Notes: a model not told the origin generated them from the letters alone. DNA of 64,000 bases from Candidatus Micrarchaeia archaeon (GCA_038886535.1 JAVZXS010000003.1:50369-114368); one strand, 5' to 3'. Shown: positions 9,242 to 19,884, numbered from the stretch's first letter. A program made the numbers and translations.

Positions 9242-9946
9242 TTATTTAAATGGAATTTCTATTCCTATTCTGTGTAGATAGATTGGTGTTGCATCTCCAT
9301 CTGAAACAAGTGCAGGATTATAGTTAAATTTCAAATTTCCAATTTGTTTTGAGACGTTTATTTCACCAGTTATCCATTTTGCTTTTCTAATGTCTGCAAT
9401 ATTCCATTCACCAGAACAACTAACAGCAATATCTAAAGGTAATTTGAATTTAACAAGATATTCGATTGTTCGTTTATCTCTGATTAAATTTCTTCCATCA
9501 TACCAAATTGGAAGCATAGCTATGTTCAGTGACACCCCTTTTGTAGGTTGAATTGTAGTATTAATACCTATTCCTAATTGACTAAAAATTTCATTATACT
9601 GCATTATATTTGTTCTTATTCCAATAACATTTTTATAAATATTTTTAATTAGAGTGTTTTTTCCAATATAACCTTTCTCTTCATTAAATAGCTTGAGAAT
9701 AGTAGATCCTTTGATTTCTAATGGAAGATCATAATTCCCTGCAATTTTAATATAAGACGCTATTTTTGTATTTTCATGTTGGCCACTTGATACTAAACTA
9801 AGGTTCACATTTCCTTGACTGTTAAGTCTAGAAGGTGGAAGTAACATAGTTGCAAACATAGCTAATGCTATTGCAGTCTTTTTAGTGTTTTTTATTATTT
9901 TATACACCTTTGAGACACACATTCTCCTCTCCACATTTTTTTCCAT
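9242..9946 (-). CDS. Secreted protein, possible amphipathic beta-barrel
   Basis: Basic N-region plus hydrophobic signal, alternating-polarity strands, C-terminal HRIGIEIPFK. Confidence 0.45.
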   Translation of the reverse strand: MEKNVERRMCVSKVYKIIKNTKKTAIALAMFATMLLPPSRLNSQGNVNLSLVSSGQHENTKIASYIKIAGNYDLPLEIKGSTILKLFNEEKGYIGKNTLIKNIYKNVIGIRTNIMQYNEIFSQLGIGINTTIQPTKGVSLNIAMLPIWYDGRNLIRDKRTIEYLVKFKLPLDIAVSCSGEWNIADIRKAKWITGEINVSKQIGNLKFNYNPALVSDGDATPIYLHRIGIEIPFK

Positions 9947-10061
9947 TTATATCACCTCACTGTTATAACAATTCTTTATTATTTATTATTAATTGCATTA
10001 AAATTTGTAAAAAATAGTAAAAAAATGATAATCTTATAAATATTTTCAAATAAATATAGGT

Positions 10062-11129
10062 ATGGCACAAAATGTTAAGGGTACACTCAAAGAGGAAGCT
10101 AGAGAAGCAGAATCTCAAGAGGCTAGGAATATTAAAAAGCTGAATAAAATAGGAAAAAGAATCTTATTCGAGCTTGACAGAGATTCCTCTCAAACACTTA
10201 ATGAAATTGGGAAAAAAATAAGAAAGAGTCCACAGTATGTTGAATATTGGATCAATAAGTTGAGGAAGGAGGGTTATATTAAGGAGTTTTTAACTATCAT
10301 TGATTATAAGAAATTAGGATATAACTATTATACCTTTTATATTTCACTAAGAATGATAAGTCCTAAGAAGTTGCAGAAACTTTTTGATTATTTTTATCGT
10401 GATTCATCAATTACTTTGTTATATAGTTGTTATGGTAGATGGGATTTAATTATTGGATTTCTTGCTAAAGATCCATTGGAAGTTGGTGAGAAAATTAAAG
10501 ATGTCAAAACTAAGTTTAGTGATACGATCGGGAATTTAAGGGTTGAAACACATGTTGGATCTTTATTTTTAGGTCGAAGACATTTGCTAGAAGGATTGGA
10601 AGAGTCTGAATTAGAAAAGTTTTCTTCTTATCCTATCACGTCAGCTCCTGCGTCAGAAAAGCGTGAAATCATAGAATTTGACAAAAAAGATCTTCAACTT
10701 CTCTCTGTTTTGAAGAACAATGCAAGAACTTCTACAATTGAACTTGCAGAGAAATCCCACCTAACCCCAGATATGGTGAGATACAGATTGAAGAAATTAA
10801 GAGAAAAGAAAGTAATATTGAGATATACAATTCTTCCAGATTATGAAAAGATAGATTGGAAACTTTATCGTGTTCTTATTAAGCTAAGAAGAACTACTCC
10901 AATGCGTGAGAGAGAATTATTTAAATTTTTTGAAAATCAACCTCAAATCATTAGATATACTAAGGAGTTTGGAACATATGATGTTGCAATAGATGTTGAG
11001 ATTTATGGAAATGCTGATCTGAATAAATTAATTCGTGAAATGAAAGCAAATTTTTATGATATTATTTCAGATTTGGATGTACTCCAAGTTGAAAGGGCAG
11101 AGAAATCATATTACTTCCTTTCTGTCTAG
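10062..11129 (+). CDS. Tandem double Lrp/AsnC family transcription regulator
   Basis: Two HTH-RAM units (LDRDSSQTLNEIGK...; LKNNARTSTIELAEK...; GRWDL and GTYDV). Confidence 0.85.
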   Translation: MAQNVKGTLKEEAREAESQEARNIKKLNKIGKRILFELDRDSSQTLNEIGKKIRKSPQYVEYWINKLRKEGYIKEFLTIIDYKKLGYNYYTFYISLRMISPKKLQKLFDYFYRDSSITLLYSCYGRWDLIIGFLAKDPLEVGEKIKDVKTKFSDTIGNLRVETHVGSLFLGRRHLLEGLEESELEKFSSYPITSAPASEKREIIEFDKKDLQLLSVLKNNARTSTIELAEKSHLTPDMVRYRLKKLREKKVILRYTILPDYEKIDWKLYRVLIKLRRTTPMRERELFKFFENQPQIIRYTKEFGTYDVAIDVEIYGNADLNKLIREMKANFYDIISDLDVLQVERAEKSYYFLSV

Positions 11130-11238
11130 TTTTTAGCTGTAAATCTATATCAATTTATCTTAAATTGGAAGCAAATAAAAAAGAATCTAAATTAATTCGA
11201 TAAGATATAAATTTATAAATAAAAAATAAAAGAAAAAC

Positions 11239-14139
11239 TTAGCTGCATCCGCTTGTTGCGCCGCAATTAAGGCACTTGTAGCATGCACCATTTCTTACCA
11301 TTATTGCCCCGCAGTAAGAGCAAGCTGGTGCATCTTCTGAGTTTTGGAATGCAACCTTACTGTTTTTCTTTTCAGTTGCAATAGCAACGGCAGGAGCCGC
11401 AACCGGTTTTGTTTCAACTAACTTCTCAGCAGCTCTTGCAGCATCGCTGCTTATTGTCTGCGTTGAATTCCCAGGTGGGGAACCTATTGCACTGTTTTCA
11501 GCAGGCACCTGATTTACAGCTTCTACTGTTTCAGGAATCTCTTCCTCTTTCATATAGGAGGTTATAGGACCTTCGGCTTCAAGATTTAATCCAACCTCTA
11601 TCTGCTCCTCCCTGCTTAGGAATTTCAAAGCCATCCATCTGAATATGTAATCCATTAATGATTTAGCAAATCTTATGTTTGGATGAGAGGTGTATCCAGA
11701 TGGTTCGAATCTCATGTGGACGAATTTCTTAACCAAGGTCTTCAAAGGAACTCCATACTGGAGAGCAATTGATATGGATGTTGCAAAAGCATCCATCAAT
11801 CCAGAGATGGTACTTCCTTCCTTGGACATGGTGATGAATATCTCTCCAGGTTGCCCATTTTCATACAGTCCCACAGTTATATATCCTTCATGCCCAGATA
11901 TACTGAACTTATGGGTAATTGATCTCCTCTCGTCAGGAAGTTTTCTCCTGGTGGGTCGGTTTACCACCACTTCCTTCACAACTTCTTTTACAACCTCTTT
12001 AACTTCAACCTTGGCCGCCTCGATCTTATCTACCTCCTTCACCTCTTTGGTGAGCGTGATAGGCTGGACTCCTTTTGACCCATCTCTATATATTGCAATT
12101 GCCTTGAGTCCAAGCTCCCATGAAGTCATATATGCATTATAGATGTCTTCCACTGTTGATTCCTTAGGCATATTAACCGTTTTCGAAATAGCACCCGATA
12201 TAAATGGCTGGACAGCAGCCATCATTTTGATATGGCCAAGGTAATGAATGAATCGTTTGCCATTTGCAGGCTTGAATGCGCAATCGAATACAGGTAGATG
12301 CTCTTCCTTCAGGTGTGGTGCACCTTCTATAGTTTCTTTATCATCTATGTATTGCATTATTTCATTTATCTGTTGTTCTGTGTATCCTAATCTCTTAAGT
12401 GCGATAGGAACCGTTGAGTTTACTATCTTCATCATTCCCCCGCCAACTAGCCATTTGTATTTAATTAATGCAATATCCGGTTCTATTCCTGTTGTATCAC
12501 AATCCATCAGGAATCCTATCGTGCCTGTAGGTGCAAGGGCAGATATCTGTGCATTTCTATATCCATACATAGAACCAGATGCAAACGCATGTCTCCATGC
12601 TTCAATCGCAGCGTTCCTTAAATAGTGAGGTGCTTTATCACTTATGGATTCAGCTTGATCAAGATGCATCTTTATTACTTCTAACATTGATTCCTTGTTC
12701 ATTTCGTATTTGTTGAATGACCCCATTCTCTTTGCAAGCATAGCTGATATATAATAGCCATAACCTGTCATCAACGCACTTACTGCAGCTGCATATGCTC
12801 TTCCTTCATCACTATCATATGGAAGTCCGCATGCCATAAGCAGAGCCCCCAGATTTGCATAGCCCAAACCAAGAGGTCTAAAGTCGATAGAATTCCTTTC
12901 AATTTCAGGTGTAGGATAGGCTGCATTACCTACTATGATTTCTTGTGCAGTTATCATTATTGCAACTGTATGCTTGAATTTTTCAGTGTCAAATCTTCCG
13001 GTTTCTGGATCAAGATATTTCAGTAGATTTATTGATGCCAAGTTGCATGCAGAGTTGTCAAGAAACATATATTCGCTGCATGGATTGGATGCATTTATCC
13101 TACCGCTTGCCTTGCAGGTATGCCACTTGTTGATAGTAGTATCAAATTGTATGCCCGGATCTCCACATTCCCATGTTGCTTCTGCAATCTCTTTCATTAT
13201 AGTTCGTGCATCTAATTTTTCACATTCTTTTCCAGTTGTCACATATTTTGTTGAGTATTCTTTTCCTTCTTTTACTGCTTGCATGAATTCATCTGTTACT
13301 CGTACAGAATTATTAGCGTTCTGGAAAAAGATATTAGAATATACTTCTCCATCAAGAGAACCATCATAACCCAACTTTATTAGATCTTTTGCCTTTCTTT
13401 CCTCCTTTGCCTTGCACCAGATAAATTCTCTTATGTCTGGATGATCTACATTTAATATAACCATCTTAGCAGCTCTTCTTGTCTTTCCTCCAGATTTTAT
13501 TACTCCTGCAAATGCATCATATCCTTTCATAAACGATACAGGGCCAGATGCCTTTCCACCACTCGACAAATGTTCTTTTGATGATCTAAGCACAGAGAGA
13601 TTAACTCCAGCACCAGATCCATACTTAAACAACATTCCTTCAGTTACTGCGAGCTGGAGGATAGATCTCATGTCGTCCTCTACAGAATTGATAAAACACG
13701 CCGACCCCTGAGGTCTCTTCTCAACCCCGAAATTAAACCACACAGGACTGTTAAATGCTGCGTATTGATTTACAAGTATGTATGTTAATTCATCACTAAA
13801 TATTTTTGCCTCATCAGCAGAAGCAAAATATCCATCCTTCTTTCCCCATTCTGTTATTGTTCTTACCACTCTGTCTACCATCTGTTTAACGCTTGTCTCT
13901 CTTTCAGGAGTGCCCAATTTTCCTCTAAAGTATTTAGAAGCAGCGATATTGGTTGCAGATTGAGACCACGTAGCTGGAACCTCTACATCTTTTTGTTCGA
14001 ATATTTTCTTTCCATTCGCATCCATGATTACTGAATCTCTTTTCTCCCACATTATCATGTCATATGGATGTACTCCTTCTTTAGTGAAAACCCTTTGTAT
14101 CTTATATTCTGGAAGCTCTATATCTTTCTTTGCCATCAT
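11239..14139 (-). CDS. nrdJ: Class II adenosylcobalamin-dependent ribonucleotide reductase with TSCPD and C-terminal Zn-ribbon domains
   Basis: FNSPVWFN, SACFI, GGKTRRAA, SNPCSEY, APTGTI, GAISKTVN, CSYC...CLNC. Start likely 14139 or 14136 after a GGGGTG SD, rather than 14184. Confidence 0.95.
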   Translation of the reverse strand: MMAKKDIELPEYKIQRVFTKEGVHPYDMIMWEKRDSVIMDANGKKIFEQKDVEVPATWSQSATNIAASKYFRGKLGTPERETSVKQMVDRVVRTITEWGKKDGYFASADEAKIFSDELTYILVNQYAAFNSPVWFNFGVEKRPQGSACFINSVEDDMRSILQLAVTEGMLFKYGSGAGVNLSVLRSSKEHLSSGGKASGPVSFMKGYDAFAGVIKSGGKTRRAAKMVILNVDHPDIREFIWCKAKEERKAKDLIKLGYDGSLDGEVYSNIFFQNANNSVRVTDEFMQAVKEGKEYSTKYVTTGKECEKLDARTIMKEIAEATWECGDPGIQFDTTINKWHTCKASGRINASNPCSEYMFLDNSACNLASINLLKYLDPETGRFDTEKFKHTVAIMITAQEIIVGNAAYPTPEIERNSIDFRPLGLGYANLGALLMACGLPYDSDEGRAYAAAVSALMTGYGYYISAMLAKRMGSFNKYEMNKESMLEVIKMHLDQAESISDKAPHYLRNAAIEAWRHAFASGSMYGYRNAQISALAPTGTIGFLMDCDTTGIEPDIALIKYKWLVGGGMMKIVNSTVPIALKRLGYTEQQINEIMQYIDDKETIEGAPHLKEEHLPVFDCAFKPANGKRFIHYLGHIKMMAAVQPFISGAISKTVNMPKESTVEDIYNAYMTSWELGLKAIAIYRDGSKGVQPITLTKEVKEVDKIEAAKVEVKEVVKEVVKEVVVNRPTRRKLPDERRSITHKFSISGHEGYITVGLYENGQPGEIFITMSKEGSTISGLMDAFATSISIALQYGVPLKTLVKKFVHMRFEPSGYTSHPNIRFAKSLMDYIFRWMALKFLSREEQIEVGLNLEAEGPITSYMKEEEIPETVEAVNQVPAENSAIGSPPGNSTQTISSDAARAAEKLVETKPVAAPAVAIATEKKNSKVAFQNSEDAPACSYCGAIMVRNGACYKCLNCGATSGCS

Positions 14140-14251
14140 TACACCCCATCTTTTCATTTTTAGTGATTTATACCATCTGCCCAACTATATTTCTTATAAT
14201 TTAAATGTTGATTACTAGAATACCACCTTATTCAACTTTTAATTTTTTGAA

Positions 14252-14265
14252 CACATTATATAGTG
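14252..14265 (-). promoter_or_regulatory. NrdR box 1
   Basis: Minus strand CACTATATAATGTG versus consensus CACwATATmTwGTG. Confidence 0.8.
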
Positions 14266-14283
14266 GTATTTTACTTTTTAATA

Positions 14284-14297
14284 ATCAACATTTAGTG
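14284..14297 (-). promoter_or_regulatory. NrdR box 2
   Basis: Minus strand CACTAAATGTTGAT, exactly 32 bp from box 1 (canonical tandem spacing). Confidence 0.7.
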
Positions 14298-14320
14298 ATT
14301 GAAATTTCTTACTTTTGTTT

Positions 14321-14336
14321 ATTTATAAATCTTTGC
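14321..14336 (-). promoter_or_regulatory. Putative BRE-TATA of nrdJ
   Basis: Minus strand GCAAAG-ATTTATAAAT; the predicted TSS about 25 nt downstream falls on NrdR box 2. Confidence 0.5.
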
Positions 14337-14578
14337 TTTCACGTCGAAATTTACGCAATGTATCTTTTAAAAATTCTGCATTTTTTGTCCATTTATTTGT
14401 TTAAATGATAAAATAAGCAATTTAAACAAAAAAATAAGTTCATTTATATATTATAAAATTTTTTTAAACTAAGATATTTAATTATTTTATTTTGTTGCAC
14501 TATTAATTCTATTTTTTAAGACGAAGTGTAATTCTTAATGAATCCAGATCTTTAATATTCATATCTATAAATAGTAGA

Positions 14579-15052
14579 TTATTTACTTTTTCCTTTTAGA
14601 ATTTTTATTTCATTAAGGACATCATCGATTGTCTTAAATTCTTTATATACCGCTGCAAATCTAATGTATGCAATGTCGTCGAGCTTTCTAAGTCTTTTTA
14701 GGACCATTTCACCGATGTGTTTACTTTCAACCTCTTCAGATTGCTTTGTTCTAAGTTCTCTTTCAATATCCTCTACAAGTTCTACGATCTTATTATAGCT
14801 TACAGGCCTTTTGCCTACGGATTTTATTATACTATTTATTAGTTTTTGTTTATCAAATTTTTCTCTTTTTCCGTCTCTTTTTATTACAACTATTATGCTC
14901 TCTTCAGGTCTTTCATACGTTGTGAATCTTTTTTTGCATGAAGGACATTCTCTTCTTCTTCGTATCACAGTACCTTCATCCGTATCTCTAGAATCTACTA
15001 CATCAGTATCTTTATATCCACAAAATGGACATTTCATGTGCTTCTTTCTCAT
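14579..15052 (-). CDS. nrdR: Transcriptional repressor NrdR (Zn ribbon plus ATP-cone)
   Basis: MKCPFCG...VVDSR...IRRRRECPSCKKRFTTYER, VIKRDG, AYIRFAAVY. Confidence 0.95.
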   Translation of the reverse strand: MRKKHMKCPFCGYKDTDVVDSRDTDEGTVIRRRRECPSCKKRFTTYERPEESIIVVIKRDGKREKFDKQKLINSIIKSVGKRPVSYNKIVELVEDIERELRTKQSEEVESKHIGEMVLKRLRKLDDIAYIRFAAVYKEFKTIDDVLNEIKILKGKSK

Positions 15053-15164
15053 GCTAATTTTAAAAAACTTCTGAATTGCAAATTTTTACTTCTTTAAAAT
15101 ATGTACTTCTAACAAAAATAGATAAAAAGGAAACATTTATATATGGGTTTAATGTCTAATAATT

Positions 15165-16220
15165 ATGACAAATTATAAACTTCCAAACAATAGAATAAAA
15201 ATTATAGACCCAGACAAGACAGAACATCACCTAAATTTAAAACGTATACTTTCCGATGAGAATTATAAAACCGATAAAATCAAAAGAATACTGAAAAGAG
15301 CAGCGGTTGCTACTGCAATAGGGATGTCTCTTCTTTTAGTTTCCAAATCTTTAAAAGCTGAAGAAGTTTCAACTAATTTAGTTTCTGTCGACCAAGTATC
15401 TGTCTCCTCAGAATCTACCAGTAACTTTGATAGGAATTCAAGCAATCCATTAAACTCTACAGTAAATAAAATAGTGGATAAAAGCAAAGAGATTATGAAT
15501 AACGCAATGAATGTCCTATCTAAAAAAGAAACAACCACCCAAATACAGAAAGATGCACTGGATTGTAAATTAGGCGATAATTCAAAGAAATATGCTATGA
15601 ATGAAATTTCCAAGTGTCTTTCATCAGAAAAAAAAGACGATGTAACTAATGCGATTACGGAATTGTTAAACAAAGACATTGTTCTTAGCAAAGAAGTAAG
15701 AAACAAGATTACTAACTTGGTTTTACATGCAGACGAATTCGATTACAGTAGGATTATGGAAGTTATAAAGATGCATAAGATAGTCGAAGCAGTTCCATCT
15801 ATAATAAAAAGATTGGAATCTGTTTCAAACGGCTCCGATCCAATGTTTAATGATTCAATTCCCGCACTTGGAGTATTCGCAGTTAAGGGGGATTGGAATG
15901 CGATTAATACTCTCATGTCAATTCTCAAGAATAATCCAGACGAAGATGTTAAGTCTTTGGCCGCAGCTTGTTTAATACATGTAGACAAGAATGTAATGCC
16001 AGAAATTATTCAGTTTTACAATTCCATAAGCGAAGAAAAAAGAATTGATCTTATAAGAGAAATGCAGATATTTCGTGCATTTGACATCGAAATGAATGGC
16101 ATTATTTATAACAAAAATGCCGTATTTTCTAGAATAGAACAACTTTTAAAATTCGAAGAAAGCAGAATTGTGGGCGAAGAGTTAAAAACTGCAAAACCTT
16201 TAATCTTTGAAAATTTCTGA
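15165..16220 (+). CDS. Exported or membrane-anchored HEAT-repeat-like protein
   Basis: Extended basic N-region, signal AAVATAIGMSLLLV-SKSLKA, HEAT-like EAVPSIIKRL and DEDVKSLAAACL. Confidence 0.55.
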   Translation: MTNYKLPNNRIKIIDPDKTEHHLNLKRILSDENYKTDKIKRILKRAAVATAIGMSLLLVSKSLKAEEVSTNLVSVDQVSVSSESTSNFDRNSSNPLNSTVNKIVDKSKEIMNNAMNVLSKKETTTQIQKDALDCKLGDNSKKYAMNEISKCLSSEKKDDVTNAITELLNKDIVLSKEVRNKITNLVLHADEFDYSRIMEVIKMHKIVEAVPSIIKRLESVSNGSDPMFNDSIPALGVFAVKGDWNAINTLMSILKNNPDEDVKSLAAACLIHVDKNVMPEIIQFYNSISEEKRIDLIREMQIFRAFDIEMNGIIYNKNAVFSRIEQLLKFEESRIVGEELKTAKPLIFENF

Positions 16221-16268
16221 AGTAAAAATAAGAAATTAAAAAAGATTTAAAGAATTAAAACTTAAAAA

Positions 16269-17285
16269 TTAGTACCAAAGATCGCCGTATCTTTTCTCTT
16301 CTTTCTTTTTAGTCTCCGCAGTTATAGCTCTTAACGCCTCTCCTTCCTTAAGGCCGGTAAAAATCGCGATTACCTCTATTCTTCCAAGATATGATTGGTC
16401 CATTCTTGCTCCATATATGACATTAGCATATGGGTCAACTTCAGATGTTATCATTTCTCCTACTGTATTTGCGTCACCCAATGTCATATCTGGTCCACCA
16501 GTTATATGGAGAAGAACTCCCTTTGCTCCTTTAGGATCCACATCTAATAATCTGTGATCAAGGGTGTTCTTTACTACCTCTTCAACCTTGCTGATTCCCT
16601 TTCCTTCTCCTACTGCAATCATAGATATTCCACCACCAGTCATTATGGTAGTTAGATCAGCAAAGTCAAGATTAATAAGAGAAGGATTAAGAAGTGTTTC
16701 GCTTATTCCTCTTACTGCTCTTGCAGTTATTTCATCTGCAATCATAAACGTTTGCTCAATCGGTAAATTTGGAACATAATCAAGTAACTTTTGATTGTCT
16801 ATTATAACAAGCGTATCACTTACTTTCTTTAGATTTTCAATTCCTTCCTTTGCTTTTTGCAATCTTGCTCTTTCAATTCTGAAAGGATAAGTTACAATAG
16901 AAACAACTAATGCACCATTTTTCTTTGCAATATCTGCAACTACTGGTGCAGCACCTGTACCTGTACCTCCTCCCATACCTGCTACCAGGAAAACAAGATC
17001 AAAATCAGATAATGCAGCCTCTATATCTGGTTTGCTTGCCTCTGCAGCTTTTTGTGCTATTTCTGGATATCCTCCAGCACCAAGACCTCTTGTTATAGAT
17101 TGACCGATTAATATCTTCTTTGCCGGTGGTTTTATTGTATCAAGGTGTATTCTATCAGTATTTATTGCTATAAGTTCAGGTCCTTTCAATCCATAATCAA
17201 TCAGCCTTTTTATGGTGTTGCAACCCCCACCACCAACTCCAACTATTGCAATTTTCACTCCGGATGTAGAATACTCTTTTACCAT
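16269..17285 (-). CDS. ftsZ: Cell division GTPase FtsZ
   Basis: [35 protein letters not shown]. Confidence 0.97.
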   Translation of the reverse strand: MVKEYSTSGVKIAIVGVGGGGCNTIKRLIDYGLKGPELIAINTDRIHLDTIKPPAKKILIGQSITRGLGAGGYPEIAQKAAEASKPDIEAALSDFDLVFLVAGMGGGTGTGAAPVVADIAKKNGALVVSIVTYPFRIERARLQKAKEGIENLKKVSDTLVIIDNQKLLDYVPNLPIEQTFMIADEITARAVRGISETLLNPSLINLDFADLTTIMTGGGISMIAVGEGKGISKVEEVVKNTLDHRLLDVDPKGAKGVLLHITGGPDMTLGDANTVGEMITSEVDPYANVIYGARMDQSYLGRIEVIAIFTGLKEGEALRAITAETKKKEEKRYGDLWY

Positions 17286-17453
17286 TTGATCACGCTCACA
17301 CTATATTTCTGCCTCTTAGAAATATACATTTTTGAAATATATATTTTAAAATTAAAATGTATTATGTGTTATTGATTTGTTAATTTTATAAATATTCTTT
17401 TTCTTTTGTTTTACTGAATTTAATAATGTTTAAAATGATCATTATTAATTTAC

Positions 17454-18425
17454 TTATAATTTTAGTTGGTTAATTGATTCTCTTATTTCGTTTATTGGAT
17501 TTAATTTATCCTTCATTTTCTTATAAATTGTCAGTTTTCTTTTATCAAACGAATTCATTATCTCAGGTAGGAATCTAAGGTATTCAGCTTCAAAAATTTT
17601 TTCTTCTATTCCATATCCGATTCCCATTTCTTCTATGAATCTGACATGGTTGCTTCTTTCTGAATAACTTTTATCATAGATTGCAATCACCGGTTTTCCA
17701 TAGCTTAATGCCTCTGTAATTGTAGTATGGCCACCATGGCATATTACTATTTTGCATGATTCATAATATGGCTTAACATTTCCAACTTCAGAGCTGTAAA
17801 TTGCATTATTTCCTAAGTATTTTTTTAGCTTCTTATCTATCATCTCATTTGTAGTTATTACAAGGCAATCATTGTTGTGTTTGATTTGCTTTACATTTTC
17901 TAAAAGAGGTCCTATTATTTTGATGTTTTCATTTTCCATTAGATTATATTTTGCAACAGTAAATGGAGGAGGAAAATCCGGAATAAGTATCTTTTCTGGA
18001 TAGGATAGAATTAATTGATTTAGCTCATTTGCTATCGGTCGTTGTATTCCGTTAACACCAACAAGAGAAGAAGTATCATTTGTAATCATTATCGTTTTCT
18101 TCCCTGCAATCTTGGCAAGTATTAAACCTATCGGAGATCCGTCAACTATTACGAAATCTACCTCTTGAAATCTTTTTATTATATCTGAAGTAATGGATGG
18201 ATTGAAAAATCGCATTATCTGTCGCAGGTTTGCAACTATTTTTGTCTTTCCTTTTGTTTCTATTTTGTAAGGGGAAGGAATTTCAATAAACTCTTTTTTT
18301 CTCATCTTGAGGTATTCGGCCCCCATTCCGAATGTCATTATAGGTATGTCTAGAGATTCGGATATTATAAAATCTCTTGCAACATGTCCATATCCATTTC
18401 CTTCGCTGAAAATCATCCCTTTCAT
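17454..18425 (-). CDS. GT-B glycosyltransferase (GT28/MJ1255-like)
   Basis: GNGYGHVAR N-terminal motif; ICHGGHTTITEALSYGKP. Confidence 0.8.
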   Translation of the reverse strand: MKGMIFSEGNGYGHVARDFIISESLDIPIMTFGMGAEYLKMRKKEFIEIPSPYKIETKGKTKIVANLRQIMRFFNPSITSDIIKRFQEVDFVIVDGSPIGLILAKIAGKKTIMITNDTSSLVGVNGIQRPIANELNQLILSYPEKILIPDFPPPFTVAKYNLMENENIKIIGPLLENVKQIKHNNDCLVITTNEMIDKKLKKYLGNNAIYSSEVGNVKPYYESCKIVICHGGHTTITEALSYGKPVIAIYDKSYSERSNHVRFIEEMGIGYGIEEKIFEAEYLRFLPEIMNSFDKRKLTIYKKMKDKLNPINEIRESINQLKL

Positions 18426-18496
18426 AATTTAGATATTAAGGGAAACTTTTTATTTATTCACAATAATCATTTATCAAAAATTATTTTCGTGATTTT

Positions 18497-19030
18497 GTGA
18501 GAGCATTTATTGCAGTTGAAATTCCAAACGAAATTAAAGAGAGGCTAATTCAACTTCAGGAAGAGATTAGGAGTAGATTTAAGAAAGAGGTAAAGATGGT
18601 TGAACCCGAGAATCTCCATTTTACACTTAGGTTTTTCCCTGAGATAGATGAAAATGCAGCTGAAAAGATAAAAGGCATAATTAAAAATATAGAATTCGAT
18701 GCTTTTGAAATTAAATGCAGAGGCTTAGGGGTTTTTCCAAATGAAAACTACATAAGGGTGGTTTGGGTAGGTGGGGATAGCAATGGAAAGTTAGAGGAGA
18801 TAGAAAAAATGCTATCAGAAAGATTGGCAGCAATCGGATTCAAAAAAGAAAAAGATGAAAAATTTGTAGCTCACTTAACTTTAGCGAGGGTAAAACAGAA
18901 GATAAAATTTAAAGAATTTCTTGAAAAATACAAAGAACAGGATTTTGGAAGCTTTACAATCAATAAAGATATGATAAAGTTAAAGAAAAGCCAGCTTACT
19001 CCAAAAGGACCTATTTATAGCGATCTGTAA
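18497..19030 (+). CDS. thpR: RNA 2',3'-cyclic phosphodiesterase (2H, LigT family)
   Basis: MRAFIAVE, NLHFTL and AHLTLAR HxT motifs, GPIY. Confidence 0.92.
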   Translation: MRAFIAVEIPNEIKERLIQLQEEIRSRFKKEVKMVEPENLHFTLRFFPEIDENAAEKIKGIIKNIEFDAFEIKCRGLGVFPNENYIRVVWVGGDSNGKLEEIEKMLSERLAAIGFKKEKDEKFVAHLTLARVKQKIKFKEFLEKYKEQDFGSFTINKDMIKLKKSQLTPKGPIYSDL

Positions 19031-19136
19031 TTTTAATTTATATTTAATCCAGTACTCCCGCTATTTAATCATATTTTATAAATTTAATTAACAAATCTAT
19101 CATACTTTATCTTATATTACTCCTAAAGGTGAGTGC

Positions 19137-19865
19137 ATGCCAATACAAATAGCAAAATTCATAGTGAAAGAGAAATTTAATCAGACTTCAGATGTAGTTA
19201 CATTGAGATTAAGTCCTATTGAACCATTTAATATGGATTTCAAACCAGGTCAATTTGTAAATCTATACATACAAAGAGAAAATGAACCATTGCTTGCAAG
19301 GCCTTACTCCATAGCATCTTCTCCAACTAATAAAGAATATCTTGAGCTTACAATAAAGATAGTAGAAGGAGGGAGATTTACTCCAAGGGTGGCTTCTCTA
19401 AAGGTGGGGGATGTTGTAAAAATAGGAGGACCATTTGGAAAATTCTTTTTCTTGGATGAGGAAAAAATGAAGGACGTTGTTTTAATTGGAGGTGGGTGTG
19501 GTATAACCCCTTTCATATCTATGATAAGATATGTAGCAGAAAAGAATCTTCCTATAAATATAACATATTTTTATTCTGCAAGAACTATGGATTCTATATT
19601 ATATAAAGATGAATTAGAGTCGATATCAAAGCTACATAAAAACATACGGGTTGTATTTACTTGCACAAGAGAACAGTCAGACAAATGGAAAGGTGAAAAA
19701 GGAAGAATTAGCTTGGAAATGATAAAGAAATATGTAGACATAGCCGATAAAGACAAATATTTTATGCTGTGCGGCCCACCTGAAATGATCCGTTCTCTAG
19801 TGGAACAATTAAGATCAGCAGGAATAGAAGAAGAAAGAATCATCCACGAAAGCTGGAGTGCATGA
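19137..19865 (+). CDS. FNR-family FAD/NAD(P)-binding oxidoreductase
   Basis: FKPGQF, RPYSIAS, GPFGKF, GGGCGITP, LCGPPEM, HESW. Confidence 0.9.
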   Translation: MPIQIAKFIVKEKFNQTSDVVTLRLSPIEPFNMDFKPGQFVNLYIQRENEPLLARPYSIASSPTNKEYLELTIKIVEGGRFTPRVASLKVGDVVKIGGPFGKFFFLDEEKMKDVVLIGGGCGITPFISMIRYVAEKNLPINITYFYSARTMDSILYKDELESISKLHKNIRVVFTCTREQSDKWKGEKGRISLEMIKKYVDIADKDKYFMLCGPPEMIRSLVEQLRSAGIEEERIIHESWSA

Positions 19866-19884
19866 GAGAATCATAAAAGATAAA

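Noticed and set aside
11700..11716. GGTTCGAATC tRNA T-arm-like motif
   Set aside because: Inside nrdJ coding sequence with no cloverleaf
4526..14139. Inteins in lhr or nrdJ
   Set aside because: No insertion with splice-junction motifs, and lengths fit intein-free proteins
11690..14218. Antisense ORFs within nrdJ, and similar shadow ORFs opposite lhr, ftsZ, the P-type ATPase, leuS and the coiled-coil genes
   Set aside because: Reverse-frame shadows of real genes with no motifs or initiation signals
14140..14320. Cobalamin riboswitch in the nrdJ leader
   Set aside because: Leader is very AT-rich with no B12-box or stable stems
17298..17313. NrdR-box-like ACACTATATTTCTG upstream of ftsZ
   Set aside because: Right half does not match the consensus, and no convincing partner box 31-32 bp away
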